From Patescibacteria group bacterium (lineage in GTDB: Bacteria > Patescibacteriota > Kazan-3B-28): a DNA stretch of 64,000 nucleotides. Numbering within the stretch: the first letter of the stretch is position 1; every line of letters begins with the position of its first letter. The stretch covers positions 445,438 to 509,437 of the forward strand of contig JBAZNQ010000001.1 in NCBI GenBank assembly GCA_041649135.1, read 5' to 3'. The notes under the pieces were generated by a model. The model made no database searches and was not told the DNA's origin. It saw only the letters and a program-made list of their open reading frames with translations. This document shows positions 18,435 to 27,893 of the stretch, in pieces. A program made the position numbers and the translations under genes.

Positions 18435-18590
18435 AAAAGAGGGCAGACCTCACACCTAGTCAACCCATGACTTCTACTCCGAAGAATAGTCATCACGGTA
18501 AGTAGAGCATCTGCCCACCTCTGACCGTGATGACGGAGAAAAAAGTACTACAATTCGGAGTTGTAAATATACGAAAAAGCCATGGGTTGA
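18435..18590. other. Structured inverted-repeat element (GGGCAGACCTCAC…GCAGAGCATCTGCCC; GTCATCACGG…CCGTGATGAC), homologous to 29069-29230
   Basis: Shared blocks AAAAGRGGGCAGACCTCAC, GCAGAGCATCTGCCC and TTGTARATATACRAA. One copy lies near each serine recombinase. Confidence 0.6.
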
Positions 18591-18606
18591 CGCTTCCAGC
18601 ATAGCA

Positions 18607-18640
18607 TAAAAAACACCCCTGCGAAGGGGATGTTTTTTGG
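18607..18640. terminator. Bidirectional intrinsic terminator (AAAAAACACCCCTGCGAAGGGGATGTTTTTT)
   Basis: CCCCT/AGGGG stem flanked by an A-run and a T-run. Confidence 0.6.
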
Positions 18641-18669
18641 GGCTAATCTGGTTTTTGGGCTCCCAGACC

Positions 18670-18930
18670 GAAGTAGGCGCTTTAAGGCACCTCGGTCATT
18701 TGACTCGTTTTTGTTTGGCTCAACAGCTCGGTCTCGGTTGGTTTTCCACGCTAGTCCTCCATAGCGCTATCTATATCAGAAGAGGCTAATGACCTATTTC
18801 TGATGAGATAAAGCGTAGGATGGAAGGAGATAATCTAGAGGTTTTGAAAGGGTGTTTAGGGGGACAGGTTTTGTGTAACACCCATAGGAGAAAATGAGAC
18901 AAATGCGACAGTACTTTGGATGATTTTTAG
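18670..18930. repeat. Composite repeat (full Type-1 plus Type-2)
   Basis: The Type-1 core ends with …TGGCTCAACAGCTCGGT. Type-2 contains GGAGATAAT…CCCATAGGAGAAAATGAGACAAATGCGACAG. Confidence 0.75.
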
Positions 18931-18985
18931 TGTTGAGATCAGAATTTGATTCTTGAATTCTTCCTTTTACGGAATGGGGTAAGAA

Positions 18986-19804
18986 TCATTCTGCAATTAA
19001 TTTTTTAGAAACTGAACTATTCACCTTTTCTACGTACAACCTATCATTCTCTACTCTCAAATCGTTATAGTCCCCAAGATCCTGTCTAAAAGTTTTTTCT
19101 ATTTTATTGCTTTCTAAATCCCAAATAAACAAATAACCGTCGGACCAACGTGCACCAACTGGCGTCCCCCAAAAAGCCATTTTTGTATTATTGCTAAAAA
19201 ATAATACCGGCCAGTAATCTGATCTTCCTCCCATACTTATCAGCTGAACGCTTAAGATCGGCTCAATCGTCATCCCGAGTTCGGCGCTCATTATTGTATT
19301 CCCTTGCCAGCTTCTTTTAAATATCTTATCTCCGGAGATATAAAAATATCCGCTCTCGTCCGGTGCCACGGCTACAATGTTGCCTCCGATATGTATTTCT
19401 TCTATCGTGTTTTCGCCCTCTGATTTTGGCGATCGATGCACAATATAACCGCTTTCCATTGATGAAAAATTCGGATCGCTATATGCAATCAGGGCAAAGT
19501 CCTCTCCGCTATGGATGAGGCGGATATCATTGATTTCGCCTTTCAATTTGTATCGAAAATTTGGCGCATCATTTTTTCTGTCATGAATATTGATGACCGT
19601 AGTTTTCTCTTTGTTCCAAAGCCAAGGAGTATATTGATAGGCACTCAAACTCAATCCGGCACCTGTGTCGTTTGCTACTTCAGTGATATTTGGGAAATAT
19701 AGTTTTTCTGCCACTACAAAGCTGAATACTCCTGCGCCAATAATGACGGAGAAGATAATAATCGCAATTATCTTTAAAGCCTTCTTAGCGATTAAAGTCA
19801 TCAT
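18986..19804 (-). CDS. Membrane-anchored hypothetical protein (N-terminal TM, beta-rich ectodomain)
   Basis: The ORF track starts at a TTG inside the Type-2 repeat. The more likely start is the MMTLIAKK… Met preceded by a TATAAT box. Confidence 0.4.
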   Translation of the reverse strand: MMTLIAKKALKIIAIIIFSVIIGAGVFSFVVAEKLYFPNITEVANDTGAGLSLSAYQYTPWLWNKEKTTVINIHDRKNDAPNFRYKLKGEINDIRLIHSGEDFALIAYSDPNFSSMESGYIVHRSPKSEGENTIEEIHIGGNIVAVAPDESGYFYISGDKIFKRSWQGNTIMSAELGMTIEPILSVQLISMGGRSDYWPVLFFSNNTKMAFWGTPVGARWSDGYLFIWDLESNKIEKTFRQDLGDYNDLRVENDRLYVEKVNSSVSKKLIAE

Positions 19805-19829
19805 CTTGATAATATTATAGATTGTCAGG

Positions 19830-19870
19830 AGAAAATGAGACAAATGCGACGGTGGCAGGGGGGTATCAAA
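19830..19870. repeat. Type-2 repeat copy (CAGGAGAAAATGAGACAAATGCGACGGTGGCAGGGGGG)
   Basis: Fills the 22-bp gap between the ccdA stop and the next gene. Confidence 0.7.
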
Positions 19871-20564
19871 CTAACCACAGCCAAACGCCCAATCCCAACA
19901 TAATCACACCCGCAATCAAGTGCAGGATCCGAATGTTACTATCCTTCCATGCCGCTGTTCGAGTGGCCGTAGAATACCCCCAATAAATTGCTAATAGAAT
20001 AGCCACTAGAGGCAACACAAAAATCAGGTTGTAGTACAAAAGAATCCCCAGAGCAGATAGCCATGAAAACCCCTCACCCAACAATCCTAAGGTAAATAAA
20101 TATGGCCCACCCGTGCATGGAAGCTCGAAGAAGGTCACCAGCACACCAGCCCCAAATGCCGTCCAAGGCATTACTACACCAGACAACAAATCCTTGATTT
20201 TCGGTCGCCATCGTCTGGGGATTTCAGTCACAAACCCCAAACTCCCATACCAAAAATAGTCCTTGATGTTGGCAAGACCAATCAAGACAGCGATAACAGC
20301 AACCAATTTATGTAAGATTGGCGCAACCCCTGTTAAATGGATGGCCCCCAACAAGCCAACTCCGACTAGGTAATAAGCAACAAACAGACCTAATATAAAC
20401 ATCAACCCAGTAAATAGAATTGTCCGTTGTGACTTAATTGATAACAATCCGGTTAGCAAAAGTACCAGCACAGCAATGGCGCACGGATTGATAGAATCAA
20501 CTAAGGCAGCGCCGGTAATCGCCCAAAAAGTTGGTTCAGTTAAAATAGTCGGCGAACAACTCAT
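19866..20564 (-). CDS. ccdA: Cytochrome c-type biogenesis / disulfide electron-transfer protein CcdA (DsbD family)
   Basis: Two conserved Cys motifs in TM segments: INPCAIAVL and FELPCTGGPY. Confidence 0.8.
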   Translation of the reverse strand: MSCSPTILTEPTFWAITGAALVDSINPCAIAVLVLLLTGLLSIKSQRTILFTGLMFILGLFVAYYLVGVGLLGAIHLTGVAPILHKLVAVIAVLIGLANIKDYFWYGSLGFVTEIPRRWRPKIKDLLSGVVMPWTAFGAGVLVTFFELPCTGGPYLFTLGLLGEGFSWLSALGILLYYNLIFVLPLVAILLAIYWGYSTATRTAAWKDSNIRILHLIAGVIMLGLGVWLWLV

Positions 20565-20568
20565 ATTT

Positions 20569-20841
20569 TTATTCTATACGAATCGCTTTACCACGTACCA
20601 TGGCATCAGCCAACTTAGCATAAGCCCGTTGCAATATGCGACCAAAAGTGGCTTGAGATGTCTGCATTTTTTTAGCGGCAAGGGTTTGTTCTAATTTATT
20701 GAGATGGCGCAATCGAAGAGCTTCCCCCTCCTCTCTTTCCAGCACTACTATTTCAAGCTGACGCAAAGGGACACCCGCCGGCTTAAAAAATGTCACCGGC
20801 GGATGAAAATTCACCTTGCGTTGATTTCTTGGTCGAGCCAT
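20569..20841 (-). CDS. DUF134 (UPF0251) sigma-70 region-4-like DNA-binding protein
   Basis: PRNQRKV…FKPAGVP…ALRLRHL…MQTSQATFGRIL signature. Confidence 0.55.
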   Translation of the reverse strand: MARPRNQRKVNFHPPVTFFKPAGVPLRQLEIVVLEREEGEALRLRHLNKLEQTLAAKKMQTSQATFGRILQRAYAKLADAMVRGKAIRIE

Positions 20842-20842
20842 C

Positions 20843-21082
20843 TTAGCAGTTCTCCCCTTTCATCAATGTCTTACACTTTGGGCATGGAATTTCAGTGCAT
20901 ACCACCCCTCTTTGGGTATGAGGAATTTGGTGACCACACTTAGGACAAGTACAAACATTTGAACCAAGCGGTCTTCCGCCAGCCAACCCACGACCCTGAC
21001 CAAGTCCGCCTCGGCCACGGCCCAACCCCTGACCCAAACCTCGACCTGTATTACCTGTTCCGTCTCTTCCTGGCATAATCAC
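20843..21082 (-). CDS. Gly/Arg-rich small protein with a C-terminal CxxC…CxxC zinc ribbon
   Basis: GRGLGQGLGRGRGG repeats. CTCPKCGH…CPKCK. Confidence 0.4.
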   Translation of the reverse strand: MIMPGRDGTGNTGRGLGQGLGRGRGGLGQGRGLAGGRPLGSNVCTCPKCGHQIPHTQRGVVCTEIPCPKCKTLMKGENC

Positions 21083-21189
21083 CTCCAGAAATTAAGTCTA
21101 TAACATTATGAGTATATATTCATAACCAAAACCTGTCAAGCAAAGCTTAACTCACTCGAATCTCTTACCCTAAACTGACTATTGAATAA

Positions 21190-22296
21190 CTACTCCGACC
21201 GAACAAACTTGACCGCCAACAAAGTGGTAATCGGAACAGCCAAAGCGATGCCAATACTCCCCGTCAGAGCTCGCACTACCTCTACGGCAATTACCTCGTT
21301 ATTAATAACTTGACCAAAGGTTAAGAATGGCTCCTGATGAACGGTAAAAAGCAACAACAACGGTAAAGCCGCTCCGGCATAAGCTAAAAACAACGTATTC
21401 ACCATTGAGCCTAAGTGAGAAACCCCAACTCTCATGGCTTGCCAATACAATGCAGTAGCAGACATTTGCGGGTTTGCCTCTTTCAGCCCCACCACCACCG
21501 CCGTTTGAGAAACCACCACATCATCCAACACACCTAAAGCTCCAATCACCATACCAGCTAGTAATAATCCCTTAATATTGATCACTGTGTCAGTCAGCCC
21601 GATCAAGAACATACTTTCTTCGCTATTAAACCCCGTCAACCTAGTCAATTCCGTAAACCATACTGATAACAAGCCAGTAATTAACAAGGTAACTATCACT
21701 GAAGAAATAGCGATAGTCGAGGTGCGCTTAAACCCTTCTGTTAGATAAATTGCCATCACCAAAATCATCAAAGAGCCAACAATGCTCATTGTTAACGGGT
21801 CCCGACCTATTAGTATTTGGGGAAGAATAAATTTTAATATCACTACAAAGGTCAGTGCCAACACCAATAACGCCCTGACCCCCTTCCATCCACCCACCGC
21901 AACTACTATTGCGGCAAAAATAATTGCCAGCCATACCAATGGCGGCGTCCTGACAATGTTGAGAATATAAAAATTATCCGATCCATCAGACGATGGGCTT
22001 GATTGCACCATTACCTTATCGCCCACTTTGTATTCATTAGCCGACATCTCGTCGTATTGGGTGCCGTCATAGACAATCTCTTGCCCTTTCCGTTCACCAG
22101 TCAACACCTCAAGCTTTATTTTCTGTTGGATAGCCGTTGAACCATCCTCGCGAGATGAGATATTTTGTTCAATAATCTCTATCACCTTAGCTGAAAGCAC
22201 CGAACCACTGTTACTTGGTTCAGCAGTTTGGGCAAGGGCTACGCTGGGGCACAAAAATAAGATTGGCAAGATTAGAAACCATTTTTTCATGCCCAT
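21190..22296 (-). CDS. YibE/F-family membrane protein with an N-terminal signal peptide
   Basis: Signal peptide, then a soluble domain, then a polytopic region with a GVLDDVVVSQ motif. Confidence 0.5.
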   Translation of the reverse strand: MGMKKWFLILPILFLCPSVALAQTAEPSNSGSVLSAKVIEIIEQNISSREDGSTAIQQKIKLEVLTGERKGQEIVYDGTQYDEMSANEYKVGDKVMVQSSPSSDGSDNFYILNIVRTPPLVWLAIIFAAIVVAVGGWKGVRALLVLALTFVVILKFILPQILIGRDPLTMSIVGSLMILVMAIYLTEGFKRTSTIAISSVIVTLLITGLLSVWFTELTRLTGFNSEESMFLIGLTDTVINIKGLLLAGMVIGALGVLDDVVVSQTAVVVGLKEANPQMSATALYWQAMRVGVSHLGSMVNTLFLAYAGAALPLLLLFTVHQEPFLTFGQVINNEVIAVEVVRALTGSIGIALAVPITTLLAVKFVRSE

Positions 22297-22469
22297 ATTA
22301 TAACATTCAAAGATTAGCTCGGCATGAGCTAATACACTACCTACATATTGTTTAATCTAACCGATGAAAGAGTGAACCACTTTACGCACCCCTCCTATCT
22401 AACCATCCCTATCGGATAATAAACTGAAAATCTTCAGTCGGAGACAAATCAGACAAGGACGAGACGAAG

Positions 22470-22850
22470 TTACGATCTGTCTGTGGATTTCCCCACACCC
22501 AAAGGTTGTCCGTACCCTACCACTAAATACAGTATCCCCGGAATCAGTACAAGTAACATATTCATACTAAAACTTGCTTCTGTTGCCAGCGCCAACAGAA
22601 GACTAATCACCATCGGGATGATAATGAGATAGCCTCCGATTTTCTCACGCCACCAACCAACGGCCAATCCTATAAACATTATCGGCATCGCTGTCAGCAT
22701 GACATTTTCCCATAACGAATAATCAGGATTGATAAACGGCAACGGATTGCCGTAGCCAAAATAGAACATCAAACCAACCACTAATATCAACAAAGCGACG
22801 ATTCTGGCAAACCATCTCATAACTCCAACTTGTTCTTTTTCCATTCTCAT
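22470..22850 (-). CDS. Hypothetical membrane protein
   Basis: 126 aa with 3-4 TM segments. Confidence 0.4.
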   Translation of the reverse strand: MRMEKEQVGVMRWFARIVALLILVVGLMFYFGYGNPLPFINPDYSLWENVMLTAMPIMFIGLAVGWWREKIGGYLIIIPMVISLLLALATEASFSMNMLLVLIPGILYLVVGYGQPLGVGKSTDRS

Positions 22851-22886
22851 AATGTTCTTACTTTTGGTATAACTTCTTTCAATCGC

Positions 22887-23270
22887 TTAATAACCAATCA
22901 GCAACTTGGGGATATTCAGATTTCCCTCTATATATCCAATCGCTCGCTTCAGTTCTAATTGAGACAAGGCGGTATCCCGATCCATTCTTTCTCCAGCATA
23001 ACCAGTATAATATTTTTTCAAAATCGGCAGGGATCGTTCGTCGCCCAATTGTCCCAAAGCCCAGATCGTCGAATTACGAGACTCATATCCGTTACCCTCA
23101 TCATCCAAATATTGGGTCAAGGCCTCAACACAATCTCCGTCATAATGACCTTGAGCAATCTTGCATTGTTCACCAACACCATAACCAATAAAATTCAAGC
23201 TCAAAAGAAAAACAAAAAGACCCAATGAGATGACGATACCTAAACCATAAAGAATTGTGTGTTTATCCAT
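22887..23270 (-). CDS. Membrane-anchored HEAT-repeat protein
   Basis: N-terminal TM segment. IWALGQLGDERSLPILKK is a HEAT/PBS-lyase-like repeat. Confidence 0.45.
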   Translation of the reverse strand: MDKHTILYGLGIVISLGLFVFLLSLNFIGYGVGEQCKIAQGHYDGDCVEALTQYLDDEGNGYESRNSTIWALGQLGDERSLPILKKYYTGYAGERMDRDTALSQLELKRAIGYIEGNLNIPKLLIGY

Positions 23271-23273
23271 AAT

Positions 23274-23477
23274 CTAAAACCTATAACTAAATATTTCTTC
23301 AATCGACTTTTTAAAAACCCGGGCAATCCTAAAGGCCAATTCCAGAGAGGGAATGTATTTATCTTTTTCCACAGCGATTATCGTTTGCCGAGTTACGCCA
23401 CATTTTTGAGCCAAATCTTCTTGGGTCATGTTATGTTCGGCGCGAGAAACCTTGATTCGATTATTCATCTGCGCCAT
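23274..23477 (-). CDS. XRE-family helix-turn-helix transcriptional regulator
   Basis: [39 protein letters not shown] Cro/CI-type HTH. Confidence 0.75.
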   Translation of the reverse strand: MAQMNNRIKVSRAEHNMTQEDLAQKCGVTRQTIIAVEKDKYIPSLELAFRIARVFKKSIEEIFSYRF

Positions 23478-23856
23478 ATTTTTTGTCGAAATAATTATAG
23501 GACAAAGAATAAATAGTAATCAGCAACAGCGCAATATAGCAAAAAACCACTCCCATTGATTCAAGGTAAAGGCTGGCGTGCTTTTGGGCAGAAAAAATAA
23601 AGAAGAGCCCAAGACAAGCCATCAGCATAGTCACGACCACATAAGTAACTTGAGAAGCTCTCCCGCTAATTGAAATCACTCTTTCATCCACAACCACTTT
23701 CTTAAACCGCTTCTTGGCCACAAATAGAAACAACATCCCAATTAATATGCCAGCAAAAGCCAGATAAAGATTGCTGGTGATGGTGGCCACAACCACTATT
23801 GTCCCGATTAATAGCCCAATCAACACCCTAATTTTTTGATACTGGTTATAACTCAT
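23461..23856 (-). CDS. Small membrane protein co-transcribed with the XRE regulator
   Basis: 17-nt overlap with the XRE gene. Three TM segments. Confidence 0.45.
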   Translation of the reverse strand: MSYNQYQKIRVLIGLLIGTIVVVATITSNLYLAFAGILIGMLFLFVAKKRFKKVVVDERVISISGRASQVTYVVVTMLMACLGLFFIFSAQKHASLYLESMGVVFCYIALLLITIYSLSYNYFDKKYGADE

Positions 23857-23989
23857 ACTCCTTATAATGTAAAGTATATCATACTAATTGTAAAGGGTAC
23901 TTTACACTACGTCAACAATGCCCTTGAGAACACTTGGGGTCGCTTGGCCCTCTTCATAAGCGGGTAAGGAGCACGCTAGTACTAGTTGG

Positions 23990-24060
23990 CTCAGGCAAGT
24001 GGTAAATGAGACGGTGGCAGGGGGGTCTGTTTCACTGTGGATTTTGAGAGGTTTTTGTGG
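23990..24060. repeat. Type-2 repeat copy (GGTAAATGAGACGGTGGCAGGGGGGTCTGTTTCACTGTGGATTTTGAGAGG)
   Basis: Shares its tail (TTTCACTATAGATTTTAG-like) with the 4570-4710 copy. Confidence 0.7.
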
Positions 24061-24109
24061 CGTAATGATTCTCCAACCTTACCGTACCCAATGAGCAGAC
24101 CCGAAGAAC

Positions 24110-24616
24110 TTAATATAGCCAACTGCGATATTTGGGCGTAGCATCTTTCATATCTTCATACAGCCACACCATCCGATCAGCAAACCATAATTTACTGATA
24201 ATAATCATAGCCCCACCAAATATGACTGACCATACCTGAAACATCGCTAGTCCCCAGATAAAGAAGAGCCCGCCGATTCCACCCACGGCGGATAAAATAT
24301 TGGGTAAAGTTTGATGATGTTGGGGTACTGGTATATTTTTACGATTCATCCAAACCCACTCGCCCAGCACTACTTTGGATGCCCAGTTGTTGGTACTTTG
24401 GGGCGCAGTAAAAACCCGTGGATTAAACCAGACCCACAACAGCACTATGACAATTGGAACAAGTGACCACCATCCGAGCCAAATTCTACTCCAAAAGGCC
24501 AGACCTATTAACGGCACCATAGAGAAACGAGAATAAACACTCCAGGGGCTAGAATGGCGTCGACGAGTCGGCTCGTCCATCCTAAAGGCTTTGGCAATAT
24601 TTTGTTCTAAAGTCAT
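24110..24616 (-). CDS. Hypothetical Trp-rich membrane protein
   Basis: 168 aa with multiple TM segments. Confidence 0.45.
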   Translation of the reverse strand: MTLEQNIAKAFRMDEPTRRRHSSPWSVYSRFSMVPLIGLAFWSRIWLGWWSLVPIVIVLLWVWFNPRVFTAPQSTNNWASKVVLGEWVWMNRKNIPVPQHHQTLPNILSAVGGIGGLFFIWGLAMFQVWSVIFGGAMIIISKLWFADRMVWLYEDMKDATPKYRSWLY

Positions 24617-24633
24617 AGCACGAACGAATCAAT

Positions 24634-25404
24634 CTACTCAACTGCAAATAACCCAACGCTATTGAAGTAGTGGATGAGCTTTCCCCCACTAGTAAGGATG
24701 ACTCGAATAGTCGGATAGTTATAGACATCACCAGTTAGACCTTTGGGAAGCTTGTAGCTGGTATCCTGCCAGATCCATTCATGAGCGGCGGCTACATTGA
24801 CCGGGTTCTCTTTGCTCGGCTGGTAGGTGAAGTCGTCCTGGAGCTGAGTGAAATTAGAGACATTTTGAGAGAGGAAGTCCATGGCGATGGTCTCGATTTG
24901 AGATTGGGTTTTGGTAGGAATATACAGAGAACCATAGCTGGCGCATTGGGAGGCATTGAGTCCCACACCTCCCAGTAGGTTCTGGATCTCTTCCGGATAG
25001 CGAACATGGATATCTACTATCTGATTATTACGAGCATCTATCTCGTACTCATAGACCTCGCACTGTTCATTGATGTATTGGGTTTGTTGAAAGACATAGA
25101 CTGGACGTTGCCACTCTGCCGGGGTATCAGTTCGCCATGCTCCATCACCCAGCTGGGTAGCTGTTCCAATAGTGAAGTTAGAGGGATTCTTTTGGGTGGT
25201 GATATATCTGACAGTCGGGTTGGAATCAGCCATGAGATGCATGAAGCGTTGGATGACAAGCTGGATTTGGGCGGTTACCGCAGTAGTCGGCTCTGGCAGT
25301 ACGCTAACATCCCGGGTTGATGACTTCGGACTCTGCCATGCCCAGATACCGATGGCTACAACAAAAACGACGGCTAAGATAGGAATTAGTTCGAGCTTCT
25401 TCAT
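24634..25404 (-). CDS. Hypothetical secreted protein
   Basis: N-terminal signal/anchor MKKLELIPILAVVFVVAIGIWA. Confidence 0.45.
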   Translation of the reverse strand: MKKLELIPILAVVFVVAIGIWAWQSPKSSTRDVSVLPEPTTAVTAQIQLVIQRFMHLMADSNPTVRYITTQKNPSNFTIGTATQLGDGAWRTDTPAEWQRPVYVFQQTQYINEQCEVYEYEIDARNNQIVDIHVRYPEEIQNLLGGVGLNASQCASYGSLYIPTKTQSQIETIAMDFLSQNVSNFTQLQDDFTYQPSKENPVNVAAAHEWIWQDTSYKLPKGLTGDVYNYPTIRVILTSGGKLIHYFNSVGLFAVE

Positions 25405-25424
25405 GGTTCTATTGTATACCTCCT

Positions 25425-25500
25425 AAAGGACGCTTTGAGGCACCTCAGTCATTTGACTCGTTTTTATTTGGCTCCGTTGGCTAGAAGAAGTCAGGACTTG
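25425..25500. repeat. Type-1 repeat, variant tail (…TTTGGCTCCGTTGGCTAGAAGAAGTCAGGACT)
   Basis: Same head as other Type-1 copies. Shares its tail with 26640-26700. Confidence 0.8.
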
Positions 25501-25515
25501 TAACAGTGTTCCATA

Positions 25516-26031
25516 CTAGACAACTAGCTCCCGCGCCCTTTTCAAGAGAGTAGCATCTCTTAATCGGATAAATTTGCCGACATACACATCTGGCTCACTC
25601 TCTTCAACCAATTTGATAGCCTCGTCCAAATCTACCCATATCGGCTTCATCCCCTCGTCTATCTCCTCAGCCTCGTAAGCCGTTTCACCATCACCCTCAG
25701 CAACCTGAGCGAGATAGCAGTAAGATATCTGCAGTTCATCTCGTTCATTTCGATATTCAATAATAATTCCCACTTCACCAGTCACCCGTATTGCATACCC
25801 AATCTCCTCTTTTGCCTCTCTCTGTAAAGCATCAGCTATTTGCTCACCTGCCTCAATCCCGCCACCAGGCAATTTGTAATATCCAGCATTACTAACATGA
25901 AGCAGGGCAATTTGATTTTTATCATTAAAAATCACTGCCCTCGCCGCCCTACGCAACTGATACGGCTTATCAGTTCTCGCTGGCAATCCAGTGCCGACTT
26001 CAGCATCAGATATTTCTAATAGTAATTCCAT
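25516..26031 (-). CDS. NUDIX hydrolase
   Basis: LPGGGIEAGEQIADALQREAKEEIGY Nudix box. Confidence 0.75.
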   Translation of the reverse strand: MELLLEISDAEVGTGLPARTDKPYQLRRAARAVIFNDKNQIALLHVSNAGYYKLPGGGIEAGEQIADALQREAKEEIGYAIRVTGEVGIIIEYRNERDELQISYCYLAQVAEGDGETAYEAEEIDEGMKPIWVDLDEAIKLVEESEPDVYVGKFIRLRDATLLKRARELVV

Positions 26032-26097
26032 GTCTATATCTTATCAGGTTCTAACTCCTATTCGGGGTACAAAAATAACCAGCTCCTATGGCTGGTT

Positions 26098-26215
26098 ATT
26101 CTCTGGCTCCCCCTGCTGGATAAGTTTAGAAAAGTTGACTGGATAAAAGTCAGAAGAGAGTTAGATGATTTTGTATTAAAAAATGTCGGGGTTTCACCGA
26201 CTTCTATCGCCTGAG
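26098..26215. repeat. Type-3 repeat/gene-fragment (…LWLPLLDKFRKVDWIKVRRELDDF…*), homologous to 672-770. Begins with TGGCTCCCCCTGCTGGAT, which resembles the tRNA-Asn 3' end TGGCTCCCGCGGCTGGAT.
   Basis: Direct comparison: 15/18 identity with the tRNA-Asn 3' end at 31410-31427. Confidence 0.5.
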
Positions 26216-26229
26216 CGATAGCCGTTACG

Positions 26230-26586
26230 TCAATTGAATTGCGGTGGGTAGGTCAACTGTCCCAGAAACCGAAATGATTCCCTGTCCAAGCGTTTGTGAA
26301 GACGCTTGAGCTTCTCCTGCTCTTCGCGGATAGTATTATCATACTTCCACTTAGGCGGGGGTTCGGGATACGTGGTCTTCATATAATCCCACTCATAATC
26401 ATCTGGGGCTGTCTGTCTGCGAACACGTAATTCCCCGATGAAAGCTTCCGTGGCAAGAATCTGTTTGTCAATTTCTTCCACAGAGGGCTGGTTGAAGACC
26501 CAATCAACTGCATCGTCAAATTGACGCAGAATCACCTTGGCTTTTAGCCACCGCAATAATTTCAAGTTGAGTATCAAGCTCAACAT
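26230..26586 (-). CDS. Hypothetical protein
   Basis: 118-aa ORF. Confidence 0.4.
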   Translation of the reverse strand: MLSLILNLKLLRWLKAKVILRQFDDAVDWVFNQPSVEEIDKQILATEAFIGELRVRRQTAPDDYEWDYMKTTYPEPPPKWKYDNTIREEQEKLKRLHKRLDRESFRFLGQLTYPPQFN

Positions 26587-26639
26587 AGGTTCATCACCTC
26601 CACTGATGATGATTTATATATATCAAAAAACTCGCTTTC

Positions 26640-26700
26640 AGTCAAGCTTTTCTTGGTTTGGCTCCGTTGGCTAGAAGAAGTCAGGACTATGCCTGCCTAG
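26640..26700. repeat. Type-1 repeat tail fragment (TTTGGCTCCGTTGGCTAGAAGAAGTCAGGACT)
   Basis: Identical tail to 25470-25500. Confidence 0.7.
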
Positions 26701-27217
26701 AAATAAACACGAGTTTCTGAGTTTCCCGATCATAGGTTATATAGACCTTGCCACTATAGCGCCCCTCGCTAGTAAGGTCGTTCAACAAAATTGCCAAAGT
26801 ATCAGCATCAGTGTCTGTTAGACCAGCAGGCATCAGCACATACAACTCCAACCCGCCTTTCGTAAGCGTTAAATCTACCACCTCTTTGGACCTTTTAATC
26901 TTTCGGAGCAGATCCTGTGCTAACTCTTTCCCAAATTCCTGAAAAAATCCTTGAGCCACAAGACCTATTGTTGTAGCCACCGACGTCCATATCCAAAAGC
27001 CTAAGGTCAGCCCACCATCGCCACCCCCCCGCTCTGGCAAAACCTCATAAATAGCCACCCTGTCATCTTCCGCCCCAGCCAACTCTCGTAATGGCGTCGG
27101 GTCCACTTCCCAGCCATTAAACACCACATCGATCCATGCAGTCCCCTCTAGATGGCTGAGCTGCGAACTATCAAATGGCTCATAATGCTCTCTATCCGCT
27201 TCTACAAATTTAGCCAT
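26687..27217 (-). CDS. Hypothetical protein
   Basis: 176-aa ORF. Confidence 0.4.
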   Translation of the reverse strand: MAKFVEADREHYEPFDSSQLSHLEGTAWIDVVFNGWEVDPTPLRELAGAEDDRVAIYEVLPERGGGDGGLTLGFWIWTSVATTIGLVAQGFFQEFGKELAQDLLRKIKRSKEVVDLTLTKGGLELYVLMPAGLTDTDADTLAILLNDLTSEGRYSGKVYITYDRETQKLVFISRQA

Positions 27218-27389
27218 AAAAATTCATTTTTATCCATTATTATAGCTTCCCAAACGAAGGTTTTCCAGATAATACGCCTCCTGCTAGCTATTACTCACAC
27301 TAGCCAAAGTTCTTGACCGAGTATCACATCCACTACATACTGTAAATAGCTCATCTACCATGCGTGGAAAGAGTACTAGACGCCGCCCT

Positions 27390-27893
27390 TTACTGGGCGG
27401 TGTTGGTTTTGCACCACTCTTCACATTCAGCTTCCAGTCTACGCTTGCGGTGGTCATACTCTACGGTATAGGCAGTCAACAATACAAAATACCCCTTATT
27501 TCTAGGTGCCAAAACAACCACATAGCTCCAATCTGAAAGTGCAATGCAAACATGAAGCTTATCCTTACGTTTTACTTCCCAAACCTTCAGACTAGCCGAA
27601 TTTTCAATCATCGGCCTGACCCAACACACTCTCTCGCAACGTCGTAAATCTGGGATCCTTGTTGCCTCCGTCTTGCCTTCTGAAACTAAGTGCCAGAACG
27701 TAATACCCTTTCCATTAAGGGGTGGAGCAAAACGACTAACGACTGGCAGACCCCTAAAAAGAGGCTTACTTGCAACAAAATCCTTGCAGTAATGAGCGTA
27801 AATAGCATCAATGTATTTATCCCAATTACCGCTATGTTCTCCGAGCTCAACAATCGCAGGCAACCAATCAATTGTCGCAACACCATCAGCCAT
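27390..27893 (-). CDS. Hypothetical protein with a possible PD-(D/E)xK nuclease motif
   Basis: IPDLRR…(21 aa)…WEVKRK fits PD…(D/E)xK. The call is weak. Confidence 0.35.
   Translation of the reverse strand: MADGVATIDWLPAIVELGEHSGNWDKYIDAIYAHYCKDFVASKPLFRGLPVVSRFAPPLNGKGITFWHLVSEGKTEATRIPDLRRCERVCWVRPMIENSASLKVWEVKRKDKLHVCIALSDWSYVVVLAPRNKGYFVLLTAYTVEYDHRKRRLEAECEEWCKTNTAQ

Noticed and set aside
26107-26125. Strict interpretation of TGGCTCCCCCTGCTGGAT as a duplicated tRNA-Asn 3' end proving tyrosine-integrase-style integration
   Set aside because: The resident recombinases are serine recombinases, which do not need long target duplications. The segment is also part of a conserved coding-fragment relic. 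The similarity (15/18) could be chance, so it is kept only as a hypothesis within the findings.
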